A program made the translations under genes and the position numbers. The notes beneath the pieces are model-generated. The model saw only the letters and a program-made list of their open reading frames with translations. It ran no database searches and was not told where the DNA came from. Source: Candidatus Fraserbacteria bacterium (GTDB lineage Bacteria > Bipolaricaulota > Bipolaricaulia > RBG-16-55-9 > JANLFV01). Taken from it: DNA of 53,941 nucleotides. Shown here piece by piece: positions 16,821 through 24,987 of the stretch. Position 1 is the stretch's first letter. Every line of letters starts with the position of its first letter. Location of the stretch: the NCBI GenBank assembly GCA_037446135.1, contig JBBIJD010000002.1, positions 1 to 53,941 on the forward strand. Direction: 5' to 3'.

Positions 16821-16859
16821 CCCCGACCTTCGGATTCTAGCAGATAGGGGACAGAGAGC

Positions 16860-17498
16860 TTAGGGCAGGCTGAGGAAGTCCTTGATCCCCGCGAGGATCG
16901 CGCGGGCGATCCGGTCCTGATAGGCGAAGCTCTGGAGCTTGAGGGCCTCCTCGGGATTGGAGAGGAAGCCGACCTCGACCAGTGCTGCCGGGACCTCGGC
17001 CCAGCGGAGGTAGAGCCGCTGATACTTCACCCCGCGGTCCGGCGAGCCGAGCTGGGCGATCAGGGCGCCTTGCAGGGTCTGGGCGAGGAGAGAGCTCTTC
17101 CAGTTCTGCCCCTTCCAGGTGTCAGGGAGGATGGTCTCGATCCCCTTGACCCGCCAGTCGCTGTGGATATTAGTATGGATGCTCACATAGAGGGCCGCAC
17201 CGAGCCGGTTGGCCAGGGCCGTCCGCTCCTCTAAGGGGATGTAGACATCGGTCCGCCGGGTGAGGACGATGCGCAGTTGGGGCTCGCCCATCGCTTCCAG
17301 CTCGACCAACCTTGCGATCGAGAGGACGATATCCTTCTCCTTGACCCCCAGCCAGCCGACCCCGCCGGTGTCCCGTCCGCCATGGCCGGCGTCGATCACG
17401 ACGATGAACTGCCGCAGCGGAGCGGAAGTGGCGGGGGGAGTGAGGGGCACGAGGCCCAATAGGATGAGGACTAGCATCACCACCAGCCTGAGCTTCAT
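16860..17498 (-). CDS. N-acetylmuramoyl-L-alanine amidase (Amidase_3 family), secreted
   Basis: ORF 16860..17606. The likely start is ATG 17496-17498 (MKLRLVVMLVLILLGL signal). VIDAGHGGRDTG and SIHTN motifs. Confidence 0.85.
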   Translation of the reverse strand: MKLRLVVMLVLILLGLVPLTPPATSAPLRQFIVVIDAGHGGRDTGGVGWLGVKEKDIVLSIARLVELEAMGEPQLRIVLTRRTDVYIPLEERTALANRLGAALYVSIHTNIHSDWRVKGIETILPDTWKGQNWKSSLLAQTLQGALIAQLGSPDRGVKYQRLYLRWAEVPAALVEVGFLSNPEEALKLQSFAYQDRIARAILAGIKDFLSLP

Positions 17499-17644
17499 TT
17501 GGCTTATTATAACCTGTGCCCGCCTCGATTGAACATAACCGGGATCACCTTCGGCGTGGCTGGCCTGGTCAGCCAGGAGGATGACAAAAGTCATGGCCTC
17601 CTGCAAAAGGCTCCTCTACGATTAGGAAGACGAAAGGAGGGGCT

Positions 17645-18211
17645 ATGCCCGAGGCGATCAGACTGAGGACGCCCTTGCGCGAGGAGGAGATCGCGCGGCT
17701 GCGCATCGGGGATAAGGTCCTGCTGAATGGCGAGATCTACACCGGGCGGGACGCGGCCCACAAGCGGCTGGTCGAGCAGCTAGAGCGTGGGGAGGGGCCG
17801 CCATTCCCCCTCGAAGGGGCGGTCATCTACTATGTCGGGCCGGCCCCGGCTAAGCCGGGGATGCCGATCGGCCCGGCCGGACCGACGACGAGCTACCGGA
17901 TGGACCCCTACACCCCCAAGCTCTTAGAGCTGGGCCTGAAGGGGATGATCGGGAAGGGGAACCGCGGGAAGGAGGTCCGTGAGGCGATCAAGAAGTATAA
18001 GGCCATCTACTTCATCTCCACTGGCGGGGCTGCGGCCCTCGTGGCCAAGCGGATCAAGCGGGCCGACCTCATCGCTTATGAGGACCTCGGGGCCGAGGCG
18101 GTCCAGCGGCTGATCGTTGAGGACTTCCCTGTGATCGTGGCTAATGACATCTACGGCGGCGACATCTACGAGGAGGGAATCAAGAGATACCGAAAGGAGC
18201 CGGTGCTATGA
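17645..18211 (+). CDS. Fe-S hydro-lyase beta subunit (class I fumarate hydratase / L-tartrate dehydratase type)
   Basis: ORF 17645..18211. GEIYTGRDAAHKRL and GKGNR motifs. SD AAAGGAGGGG upstream. Confidence 0.85.
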   Translation: MPEAIRLRTPLREEEIARLRIGDKVLLNGEIYTGRDAAHKRLVEQLERGEGPPFPLEGAVIYYVGPAPAKPGMPIGPAGPTTSYRMDPYTPKLLELGLKGMIGKGNRGKEVREAIKKYKAIYFISTGGAAALVAKRIKRADLIAYEDLGAEAVQRLIVEDFPVIVANDIYGGDIYEEGIKRYRKEPVL

Positions 18212-19053
18212 TGAGGGAGCTCGAGGCGAAGGCCTTGATCGGGCCGGTCAAAGAGGCCTTGCTGGAGATCAACTACAAGACCCCGCCGGAGACGATGGCG
18301 CGGCTCCGGAAGGCTTTGGAAACGGAGGTCTCCGAGGCCGGGCGAGCGGCGATGGAGGATATCCTCCGGAACCGCGAGATCGCGGCCAAGGAGCGGCTGG
18401 CGATGTGCCAGGACACGGGGATGGTCGTGATCTTCGCCGAGATAGGCCAGGAGGTCCATCTCCGGGGCGACATCAGGGCGGCCATCAATGAGGCGGTCCG
18501 GCAGGCCTATCAGGAAGGCTACTTAAGAAAGTCGGTCGTGGCTGAGCCGCTCTTCGAGCGGAAGAATACCCAGGACAATACCCCAGCGATCATCCACTTC
18601 GACCTCATCCCCGGGGATAGGATGAGGCTGATCGTGGCGGCCAAGGGGGCGGGGAGCGAGAACATGAGCACTGTGAAGATGCTCACCCCCGCCGCGGGCC
18701 TCGCTGGGGTGAAGCGCGAGGTCGTGGAGTTCGTCGAGCGGGCCGGGCCGAACCCCTGTCCACCGATCGTCGTCGGGATCGGGATCGGAGGCGACCTGGA
18801 GCTGGCGGCCCTCTTGGCGAAGAAGGCCCTGATGCGGAAGATGGGCCAGCGGAATCCTGACCCGCGCTATGCCAAGCTGGAGGAGGAGCTCCTCGAGGCA
18901 ATCAATCGGACCGGGGTCGGCCCCCAGGGCCTCGGGGGGATCAACACCGCGATGGATGTCCGGATCGAATTCTTCCCCACCCATATCGCCGAATTGCCCC
19001 TGGCGATCAACCTTGACTGCCACCTCCATCGACACAAGGAGGTCATCATCTAG
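18208..19053 (+). CDS. Fe-S hydro-lyase alpha subunit (class I fumarate hydratase / L-tartrate dehydratase type)
   Basis: ORF 18208..19053. ATGA overlap with the beta subunit gene. MCQDTGMVV motif and GVGPQGLGG. Confidence 0.85.
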   Translation: MMRELEAKALIGPVKEALLEINYKTPPETMARLRKALETEVSEAGRAAMEDILRNREIAAKERLAMCQDTGMVVIFAEIGQEVHLRGDIRAAINEAVRQAYQEGYLRKSVVAEPLFERKNTQDNTPAIIHFDLIPGDRMRLIVAAKGAGSENMSTVKMLTPAAGLAGVKREVVEFVERAGPNPCPPIVVGIGIGGDLELAALLAKKALMRKMGQRNPDPRYAKLEEELLEAINRTGVGPQGLGGINTAMDVRIEFFPTHIAELPLAINLDCHLHRHKEVII

Positions 19054-19207
19054 CTAACGCGGCACCGATCCCCTTTCAAGCCCGAAGCCAGCCCGGCGCT
19101 GATCCCCTTGCCCTTGTTGAAGGGGGCCTTCGCGGATTCCACAATTGCCCTACCAAAGCTCCATATTTCCTCCACAATCTCGGGTATAATAATGGCGAAA
19201 GGAGGGG

Positions 19208-19876
19208 ATGATGCACAAGCGTATAGCCTTGGTAGTAGGGGTGGTGATTCTGCTCTCTGGGCTGCTGGTCGGGCTGTCGGGGATGGGCCTCCGGGCCGAT
19301 GAGCCGGTTCAGCCCCTCGCGCCCCAGAGCCAGAGTGGGAGCACCACCCTGGAGGAGCAGGAGGCGCCGAAGCCGGAGTCCTTCCTCGAGGCGCTGGCGG
19401 GGAAGCTCGGCATCACGGTCGATCGGCTGGAGCAGGCACTCAAAGAGACGAGGAAGGAGTTAGCGGAGGAGTGGGTGGACCAGTGGGCCGAGGAGCTGAA
19501 GGAGCGGGTGGACAATTGGGCAAACGAGCTGAAGGAGCGATTGGCCCAGGCCGAGCCTCAGCAGTTGCTGAGGCTGACTAAGAAGGGGGTGGTCCAGGGG
19601 CTGCAGGAGCGGCTTCGCCTCCGAGCAAAAGCTCAGGCCCAAGCCCAGACGGAGAAGAAGCTCGTCAGTCCTACTCCGCAGCAGCCGCAGCTCCCGAGCT
19701 ACACGCCCCCTTACTATTACTGGCCCTCCCCCTGCAACTGCGTCTGCTACTGCTACCCTAACTATTACTATATGCCCGTCCCACTCCGGTCCCAGCCGGT
19801 CTGGCCCCAGCCTTGGCCGTGGTTCCAACTGCCTCTCCCTGAGGTCACACCCCAGCCCGAGGAGAAAGAGAAGTAG
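19208..19876 (+). CDS. Membrane-anchored or exported helical protein with a Cys/Tyr/Trp/Pro-rich C-terminal tail (function unknown)
   Basis: ORF 19208..19876, SD AAAGGAGGGG. N-terminal hydrophobic segment IALVVGVVILLSGLLVGL. Charged helical repeats WAEELKERVDNWANELKERL. Tail YTPPYYYWPSPCNCVCYCYPNYYYMPVPL...WPQPWPWFQLP. Confidence 0.6.
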   Translation: MMHKRIALVVGVVILLSGLLVGLSGMGLRADEPVQPLAPQSQSGSTTLEEQEAPKPESFLEALAGKLGITVDRLEQALKETRKELAEEWVDQWAEELKERVDNWANELKERLAQAEPQQLLRLTKKGVVQGLQERLRLRAKAQAQAQTEKKLVSPTPQQPQLPSYTPPYYYWPSPCNCVCYCYPNYYYMPVPLRSQPVWPQPWPWFQLPLPEVTPQPEEKEK

Positions 19877-19890
19877 CTCCTAGTAAGGTA

Positions 19891-19916
19891 AGGGGCGGGG
19901 CTTAGGCCTCGCCCCT
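19891..19916 (+). other. Stem-loop between 19208..19876 and the response-regulator gene
   Basis: AGGGGCGGGG (19891-19900), loop CTTAGG, CCTCGCCCCT (19907-19916): a 10-bp stem with one G-U pair. It is followed by CTTGCTCG (poor U-tract), so it is an attenuator or a weak terminator. Confidence 0.45.
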
Positions 19917-19935
19917 CTTGCTCGAGGGGGAGACG

Positions 19936-20628
19936 ATGGAAGGGCTGGGAAAGATCCTGGTCATCGAGGACGAGGAGCGGATCGTCACGCTCGTCCGGGC
20001 CTACTTGGAGAGGGCGGGCTACCGTGTCCTCTCGGCCTACGATGGCAAGAGCGGGCTGGAGCTGTTCCATCGCGAGCGCCCTTCTCTCGTGATTCTGGAC
20101 CTGATGCTCCCGGAGGTCGATGGGCTCGATATCGCCCGGCAGATCCGCCAGGAGTCCGATGTCCCGCTGATCATGCTCACCGCGCGGACGGAGGAGGCTG
20201 ATCGTGTGGCCGGCCTAGAGCTCGGGGCCGACGATTATATCACCAAGCCCTTCAGCTTGAGGGAGCTTGTGGCCCGGGTCCGAGCGGTCCTCCGCCGGGC
20301 CGAGGGCGGGCTTGCCCCGCCCCAGCGGCTCGAGCGGGGTGAACTGGTGATAGATCTCGAGGCCCGCCAGGTCGAGGTCGTAGGTAAGCCGGTCGAGCTC
20401 ACCCCTACGGAGTTCGACCTTTTAGCCGCTCTGGCCCGCCACCCCGGGCGGGCCTTCACGCGGCTCCAGCTCCTCGAGGCGATCAACCGCTACCCCAGCG
20501 AAGGGCTGGCCCGGACCGTCGACACCCACATCAAGAACCTCCGGAAGAAGGTGGAACCGGACCCAGAGCACCCTCGCTACATCCAGACGGTCCACGGGAT
20601 CGGTTATCGCTTCCATAAGGAGGGCTAA
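19936..20628 (+). CDS. OmpR/PhoB-family response regulator
   Basis: ORF 19918..20628, likely ATG 19936. Receiver domain (ILVIEDE, LDLMLPEVDG, ARTEE) and winged-helix output (LTPTEFDLL, GIGYRF). Confidence 0.9.
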   Translation: MEGLGKILVIEDEERIVTLVRAYLERAGYRVLSAYDGKSGLELFHRERPSLVILDLMLPEVDGLDIARQIRQESDVPLIMLTARTEEADRVAGLELGADDYITKPFSLRELVARVRAVLRRAEGGLAPPQRLERGELVIDLEARQVEVVGKPVELTPTEFDLLAALARHPGRAFTRLQLLEAINRYPSEGLARTVDTHIKNLRKKVEPDPEHPRYIQTVHGIGYRFHKEG

Positions 20629-21984
20629 GTGTCCTTCCGGCTCAAGCTCTTCGGCTCCCTCATCTTGGTGATCTTGGTGGCCATCTCGGCCGTCTACCTG
20701 ATCGCTCACTACTCTACCGCCGAGCAGTTCCGCCTCTATGTCATCCGCGAGGAGGCCCTCCGCCTCGAGGCCCTCCGGAACACCCTGATCGACTACTATC
20801 GCGAGCACGGGGGCTGGGAGGGTGTGCGGGAATTCCTCGCTCAGAGCCCCCTCCCGCTACTACCGGGGAGGGGGCAGGCTTGGCGCCAGCGGCTCGTCCT
20901 CCTCGGGCCGGATGGGCGGGTCCTGGCCGCGCCGGACCCGCGCCTCCTCGGCCAGCAGCTCCCAAAGGGGTTGGTCCAGGAGGGTCTCCCGCTCGATGTG
21001 GAGGGGCGAAAAGTCGGACTCCTCCTCTCCGGGCCGGTCGTAAGCCAGGTCCTCGAGCCGATCGAGCAGGGCTTTCTGAGCTCGGTCAACCGCTCCCTCC
21101 TCCTCGGGGGGCTCGTGGCCCTCGCAGCTGCGCTCGCACTGGGGGCGCTCCTCCTCCGCCAATTGACCACGCCATTGAAGGAGCTGGCAGCGGCGACCGA
21201 GCGGATCGCCGCCGGAGACCGCGAACGGCGGGTTCAGATCAAATCCCGGGACGAGTTCGGCCAGCTCGGAGAATCTTTCAACCGGATGGCCGCGAGCCTT
21301 AAGAAGTCCGAAGAGCTTCGTCGGAGGATGATCGCCGACATCTCCCATGAGCTGCGGACCCCGCTCACGGTAATCCGCGGGGAACTGGAGGCTCTCCGGG
21401 ACGGGATCTTCTCCCCCACTCCGGAGAAGCTGGTCGAGCTTGAGGAGGAGGCCAAGCTGCTTGATCGGCTGGTGGAGGATCTCCATGAGTTAGCACTGGC
21501 CGAGGCCGGCGAGCTCCGGCTCGAGCGGGGGCCGACCGACCTTGGAAAGCTGATCGAGCGGCTGGCCGGGCGAGTCCGCGGGAGGCTGGCGGAGCGAGGG
21601 CTCGAGCTCCGGCTTGAGCTCCCCGCCTCCCTGCCGAAGCTGGAGCTGGACTCCGATCGGATCGAACAGGTCTTGCATAACCTCTTGAGCAACGCCGAAC
21701 GCTACACCCCAGAGAGAGGGAGGATCACCCTGGTCGTAGAGGACCGGCCGGAAGAGGTCTTAGTGAGCGTGGCCGACACCGGCAAGGGCATATCTCCGGA
21801 GGATCTCCCTCACATCTTTGAGCGGTTCTACCGCGGGGAGCAATCCCGCGCCCGGCGGCATGGCGGGGCAGGGCTAGGGCTGGCGATCGCCAAGCAGTTA
21901 GTGGAAGCTCACGGCGGGCGGATCTGGGCCGAGTCCGAGCCCGGAAAAGGGACGAAGGTCAGCTTCACCTTGCCGAAGGCTTAA
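20629..21984 (+). CDS. Sensor histidine kinase (two TM segments, HAMP, HisKA, HATPase)
   Basis: ORF 20629..21984. The GTG follows the regulator's TAA directly. H-box [10 protein letters not shown]-box [10 protein letters not shown]-boxes DTGKGI and GGAGLGLAI. Confidence 0.9.
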   Translation: MSFRLKLFGSLILVILVAISAVYLIAHYSTAEQFRLYVIREEALRLEALRNTLIDYYREHGGWEGVREFLAQSPLPLLPGRGQAWRQRLVLLGPDGRVLAAPDPRLLGQQLPKGLVQEGLPLDVEGRKVGLLLSGPVVSQVLEPIEQGFLSSVNRSLLLGGLVALAAALALGALLLRQLTTPLKELAAATERIAAGDRERRVQIKSRDEFGQLGESFNRMAASLKKSEELRRRMIADISHELRTPLTVIRGELEALRDGIFSPTPEKLVELEEEAKLLDRLVEDLHELALAEAGELRLERGPTDLGKLIERLAGRVRGRLAERGLELRLELPASLPKLELDSDRIEQVLHNLLSNAERYTPERGRITLVVEDRPEEVLVSVADTGKGISPEDLPHIFERFYRGEQSRARRHGGAGLGLAIAKQLVEAHGGRIWAESEPGKGTKVSFTLPKA

Positions 21985-22079
21985 CCGAGCTCGCTTGCCT
22001 GCCCCTCGGTTCCACAAAATCTTCAGCCCTTGTTCACCCTGGGTTCACATCGGCTCGGTAAGCTAGGGGCGAAAGGAGC

Positions 22080-22319
22080 GTGAAGCAGTTGGCCAAAAGA
22101 AGGAGAATGCTGTTGGTCATCGGGTTGATCGTCGTAGGCCTGTTGGCACTGGGTGCTCAAGCAACCCTCGCTGGGCAGGGTCACGGGCGAGGCTATGGCC
22201 CGGGCGATGGGACTGGGAACGATCACAACGGGCCACGGGATGGGACCGGCTTCGGCCCTGGCTCGGGCTCAGGGACCGGCCCTCACGGACATGGGCTAGC
22301 GGTCCGATCCCAGAGGTAA
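22080..22319 (+). CDS. Small secreted Gly/His-rich protein (function unknown)
   Basis: ORF 22080..22319 (GTG; an in-frame ATG lies at 22107). Signal-like KRRRMLLVIGLIVVGLLALGAQATLAGQ, then GHGRGYGPGDGTGNDHNGPRDGTGFGPGSGSGTGPHGHG. A strong intrinsic terminator follows immediately. Confidence 0.55.
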   Translation: MKQLAKRRRMLLVIGLIVVGLLALGAQATLAGQGHGRGYGPGDGTGNDHNGPRDGTGFGPGSGSGTGPHGHGLAVRSQR

Positions 22320-22341
22320 ATTAGGTCAACCCTCACAGACT

Positions 22342-22385
22342 GAGGAGGGGATGGGCGGGACGGGAGCCCATCCCCTCCTCTTTTT
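22342..22385 (+). terminator. Rho-independent terminator of the two-component/Gly-rich peptide unit
   Basis: GAGGAGGGGATGGGC (22342-22356), 9-nt loop, GCCCATCCCCTCCTC (22366-22380), then TTTTT (22381-22385). Confidence 0.8.
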
Positions 22386-23674
22386 CAGATCCTCCAGGTA
22401 GCGTAAGTCTGGACCAATTCCCAATAGAGCCTGGCGAACTCCTCGAACGCCCCCGCCTCATAGAGCCCTCTGAGCTGGGAGAACTCCGCCTCGAAGGCTT
22501 GGATCAGCTCCGGCCTGTCGCGATGGTAGTCCTGGACATAGCTCCGGAGATGCTCCCCATACCGGAGGGCCCGTGCCGCGGTCGCGCCGGTCGCAAGGAG
22601 GTTAGCCGGATCACTCAAATACTCCCGGAGGGCCTCGCCCGCGGCCTCGTTGAACCGGCCCTCGAGGAGGGTCCGGGCCGCCTCGAATAGCTCCTCTGCC
22701 CGCTCTGGGTCGGCCAGGAGCGGCCGGAGGAAGATATAGCGGGCCAGGATCTGGTCGAGCTTGAACTCGTAGGCCGCGCGGCTATTCTCTGTCACCTCGA
22801 GCCCGGCCAGCTTCCGCTTCCACTCCGCCTCCAGCTCGGCGAGGCTCGTGCCGTAGTGGCTTTGAAAGAGCGCCTCGAGCCTCTCCCGCCTATCATAGGG
22901 GGAGCGCAGGTCCTGATAGAACTGGAGGAAGCGCTCCCAACCGCCCCGTTCAGTGAGGAAGGCGATGAAGCTGACCCCGACCTCGTAGGTGAACTTCCAG
23001 TAGCCGCCGCGGGTGAGGTAATCCCGGAAGAGGTCAGGCCCATACTCCTCCAAGAAGAGCTTGACGAACTGCTCTCCCAGCCCGAGCTGCCACTCATCGG
23101 GGACCTCGTCAAGGCGGTAGCCAGCATAAGTGGCGAGGCCCTCGAGGAGGAAGCTCGGCGGGCTATTCGGGATGAGAGAGAAGTCGAGCACATGAGTGAA
23201 CTCATGCAATGCGACATATTCGGTGCTATCGGATGTAAGATAGACGGCGATCGGGTTGACCTTCCCCGCGCGAATTAGGTCCTCGACCTCTCTATTATAG
23301 AGTTCTGTGAGGAGGCCCCCGACATTCGCGGAGCAGATGAGGCAGCCCGTGGCCTCCTGATACTCTTCCAACGAGGGATAGATGAAGAGGTAAATCGTCC
23401 CTTGAGCCCCGGGATCGTAGTCTAGCCGGAGGAAGGCCTCCGCACTCCGGAAGAGCCCCTCTAGCTCCGCGGTCGCGCTCTGCAAGCTCCGAAGGTAGAG
23501 ACCTATCCCGTCCACTCCCTTAAGCTGGGGGAGCTCGTCCTCCCTCAGGAAGTGGACTGCTAAGTCGGCGGTCTCGAAAGCGAGCCAATCGTCCAGCGCC
23601 CCGGCCTCAGCTAGGACCAGGAGGCTGAGGAGGACCGCTAAGATCAGGCCGGCGCTGAGGAGCCGCTTGCTCAT
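22385..23674 (-). CDS. Secreted HExxH zinc peptidase (peptidase MA-like) with a helical C-terminal region
   Basis: ORF 22385..23737. The likely start is ATG 23672-23674 (MSKRLLSAGLILAVLLSLLVLAEA signal), overlapping the pmbA stop as ATGA. HEFTHV ... LLEGLATYAGY supplies HExxH plus a downstream Glu. Confidence 0.7.
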   Translation of the reverse strand: MSKRLLSAGLILAVLLSLLVLAEAGALDDWLAFETADLAVHFLREDELPQLKGVDGIGLYLRSLQSATAELEGLFRSAEAFLRLDYDPGAQGTIYLFIYPSLEEYQEATGCLICSANVGGLLTELYNREVEDLIRAGKVNPIAVYLTSDSTEYVALHEFTHVLDFSLIPNSPPSFLLEGLATYAGYRLDEVPDEWQLGLGEQFVKLFLEEYGPDLFRDYLTRGGYWKFTYEVGVSFIAFLTERGGWERFLQFYQDLRSPYDRRERLEALFQSHYGTSLAELEAEWKRKLAGLEVTENSRAAYEFKLDQILARYIFLRPLLADPERAEELFEAARTLLEGRFNEAAGEALREYLSDPANLLATGATAARALRYGEHLRSYVQDYHRDRPELIQAFEAEFSQLRGLYEAGAFEEFARLYWELVQTYATWRI

Positions 23675-24987
23675 TGGCTTGTGACCCCTACCCCATCCAC
23701 GAGGATCGCCGGGGCCCGAAGGAGGCCGTAGGCCCACTCGAGCTCACGCCCTAGCTCGATGAGCTCCCCCTTGAGCAGCTCATAGCTATTCCCCGCGATC
23801 ATGGTGTTCTTCACCCTTCCGAGGACCTCGCCGTTCCGGACATAGAACCCTATGGCCACATTGTTGGAGAACTCCCCAGAGGCGATGTTCCCCTGACCGA
23901 GTCCGATCACCTGGTCGACGATCAGCCCCTCCTTGAGATCAGCGATCATCTCTGTAAAGCCCTTCCGGCCCGGGCTGACTGTCCAGGTCGCGGGGGCGAC
24001 ATCCGGGGGGGTCTTGAAGTCCCGGCCACCGAGGAAGCCGACCTTGAAGCCGTTCCCTGTGGACTCCGTCTTGGCCAGCCCGGCCGTCTTCAGGTCATAC
24101 AAGAATTGATGGACCTTCCCTCGGTCGATCAGGATCTTCTTCGAGGTGGGGACCCCCTCATCATCGAAGCGACTCGAGCGGGGAGCGAAGGGGATCGTCC
24201 CATCGTCGGTGAGGGTGAGCCGGGGATCGAAGGCCACCTCCCCGAGCTTCCCCGCCAGAGGGGAGATCCCGAAGAAGACGCTCTTCCCGCTCAGTCCTAC
24301 AATCAAGGGGAGGAGCAGGACTACGGCCCCGCGGGGGGTGAATAGGACCGGCATGGCTTTCGTCTCGACCTTCGCGAGCCGCTCGCACCACCGTAGCCGC
24401 TCGATCAAGGAGTCAGCGCGCTGGAGGTGGTCGATCCCCTTTAAGGCTCGCGAGGCCGCCTCGTCGTAGATGACCAGGATATCCCCCTCCGCCGTCCGCT
24501 GAGCCATCACTGAGAGAGCAAAGCCAGTCGCCCGCTCCTGGAGCTCCTGCCCCTCCGTAGTCTGGAGGAGGAATTCCTCCGCCCCACGGCTGAGGCTCAC
24601 CTCGATGTGCAAGTCCGGATTGTATGATCTGATCCGATCAATGATCTCCTCACCCATGGTGATCAGCCGTCCGATCTCGACCCGCTCCACCTCCGGATCG
24701 AAGCACTCGACCTTTGGCGGCTCAACTTTCGCGGCGAAGCGGAATGGGGCGGGGTCCCCGAACTGGGCCGAGGCGAGAGCACTCTCGATCAACGACTCTG
24801 GATCCTTCAGATCGGTCGTGGTGGAGTAGCCCAGCCTCCCGCCCTTGACGACCCGCAGGGCCCGCCCTGCATACTCGACGCTCTTGGCCGACTCCAGCTC
24901 GCCCGCGTGGAACCGGACCGGTGTCTCCCAGCCCCTGATCTCGTATAGCTCGGCCCCTTCAACCTTGCCTCGCAGCTTCTCTAGCAT
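23671..24987 (-). CDS. pmbA: PmbA/TldE-family metalloprotease subunit (pair 2)
   Basis: ORF 23671..24987. Its start overlaps the tldD stop (TGATG). PmbA-like with no HExxxH. Confidence 0.85.
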   Translation of the reverse strand: MLEKLRGKVEGAELYEIRGWETPVRFHAGELESAKSVEYAGRALRVVKGGRLGYSTTTDLKDPESLIESALASAQFGDPAPFRFAAKVEPPKVECFDPEVERVEIGRLITMGEEIIDRIRSYNPDLHIEVSLSRGAEEFLLQTTEGQELQERATGFALSVMAQRTAEGDILVIYDEAASRALKGIDHLQRADSLIERLRWCERLAKVETKAMPVLFTPRGAVVLLLPLIVGLSGKSVFFGISPLAGKLGEVAFDPRLTLTDDGTIPFAPRSSRFDDEGVPTSKKILIDRGKVHQFLYDLKTAGLAKTESTGNGFKVGFLGGRDFKTPPDVAPATWTVSPGRKGFTEMIADLKEGLIVDQVIGLGQGNIASGEFSNNVAIGFYVRNGEVLGRVKNTMIAGNSYELLKGELIELGRELEWAYGLLRAPAILVDGVGVTSQ

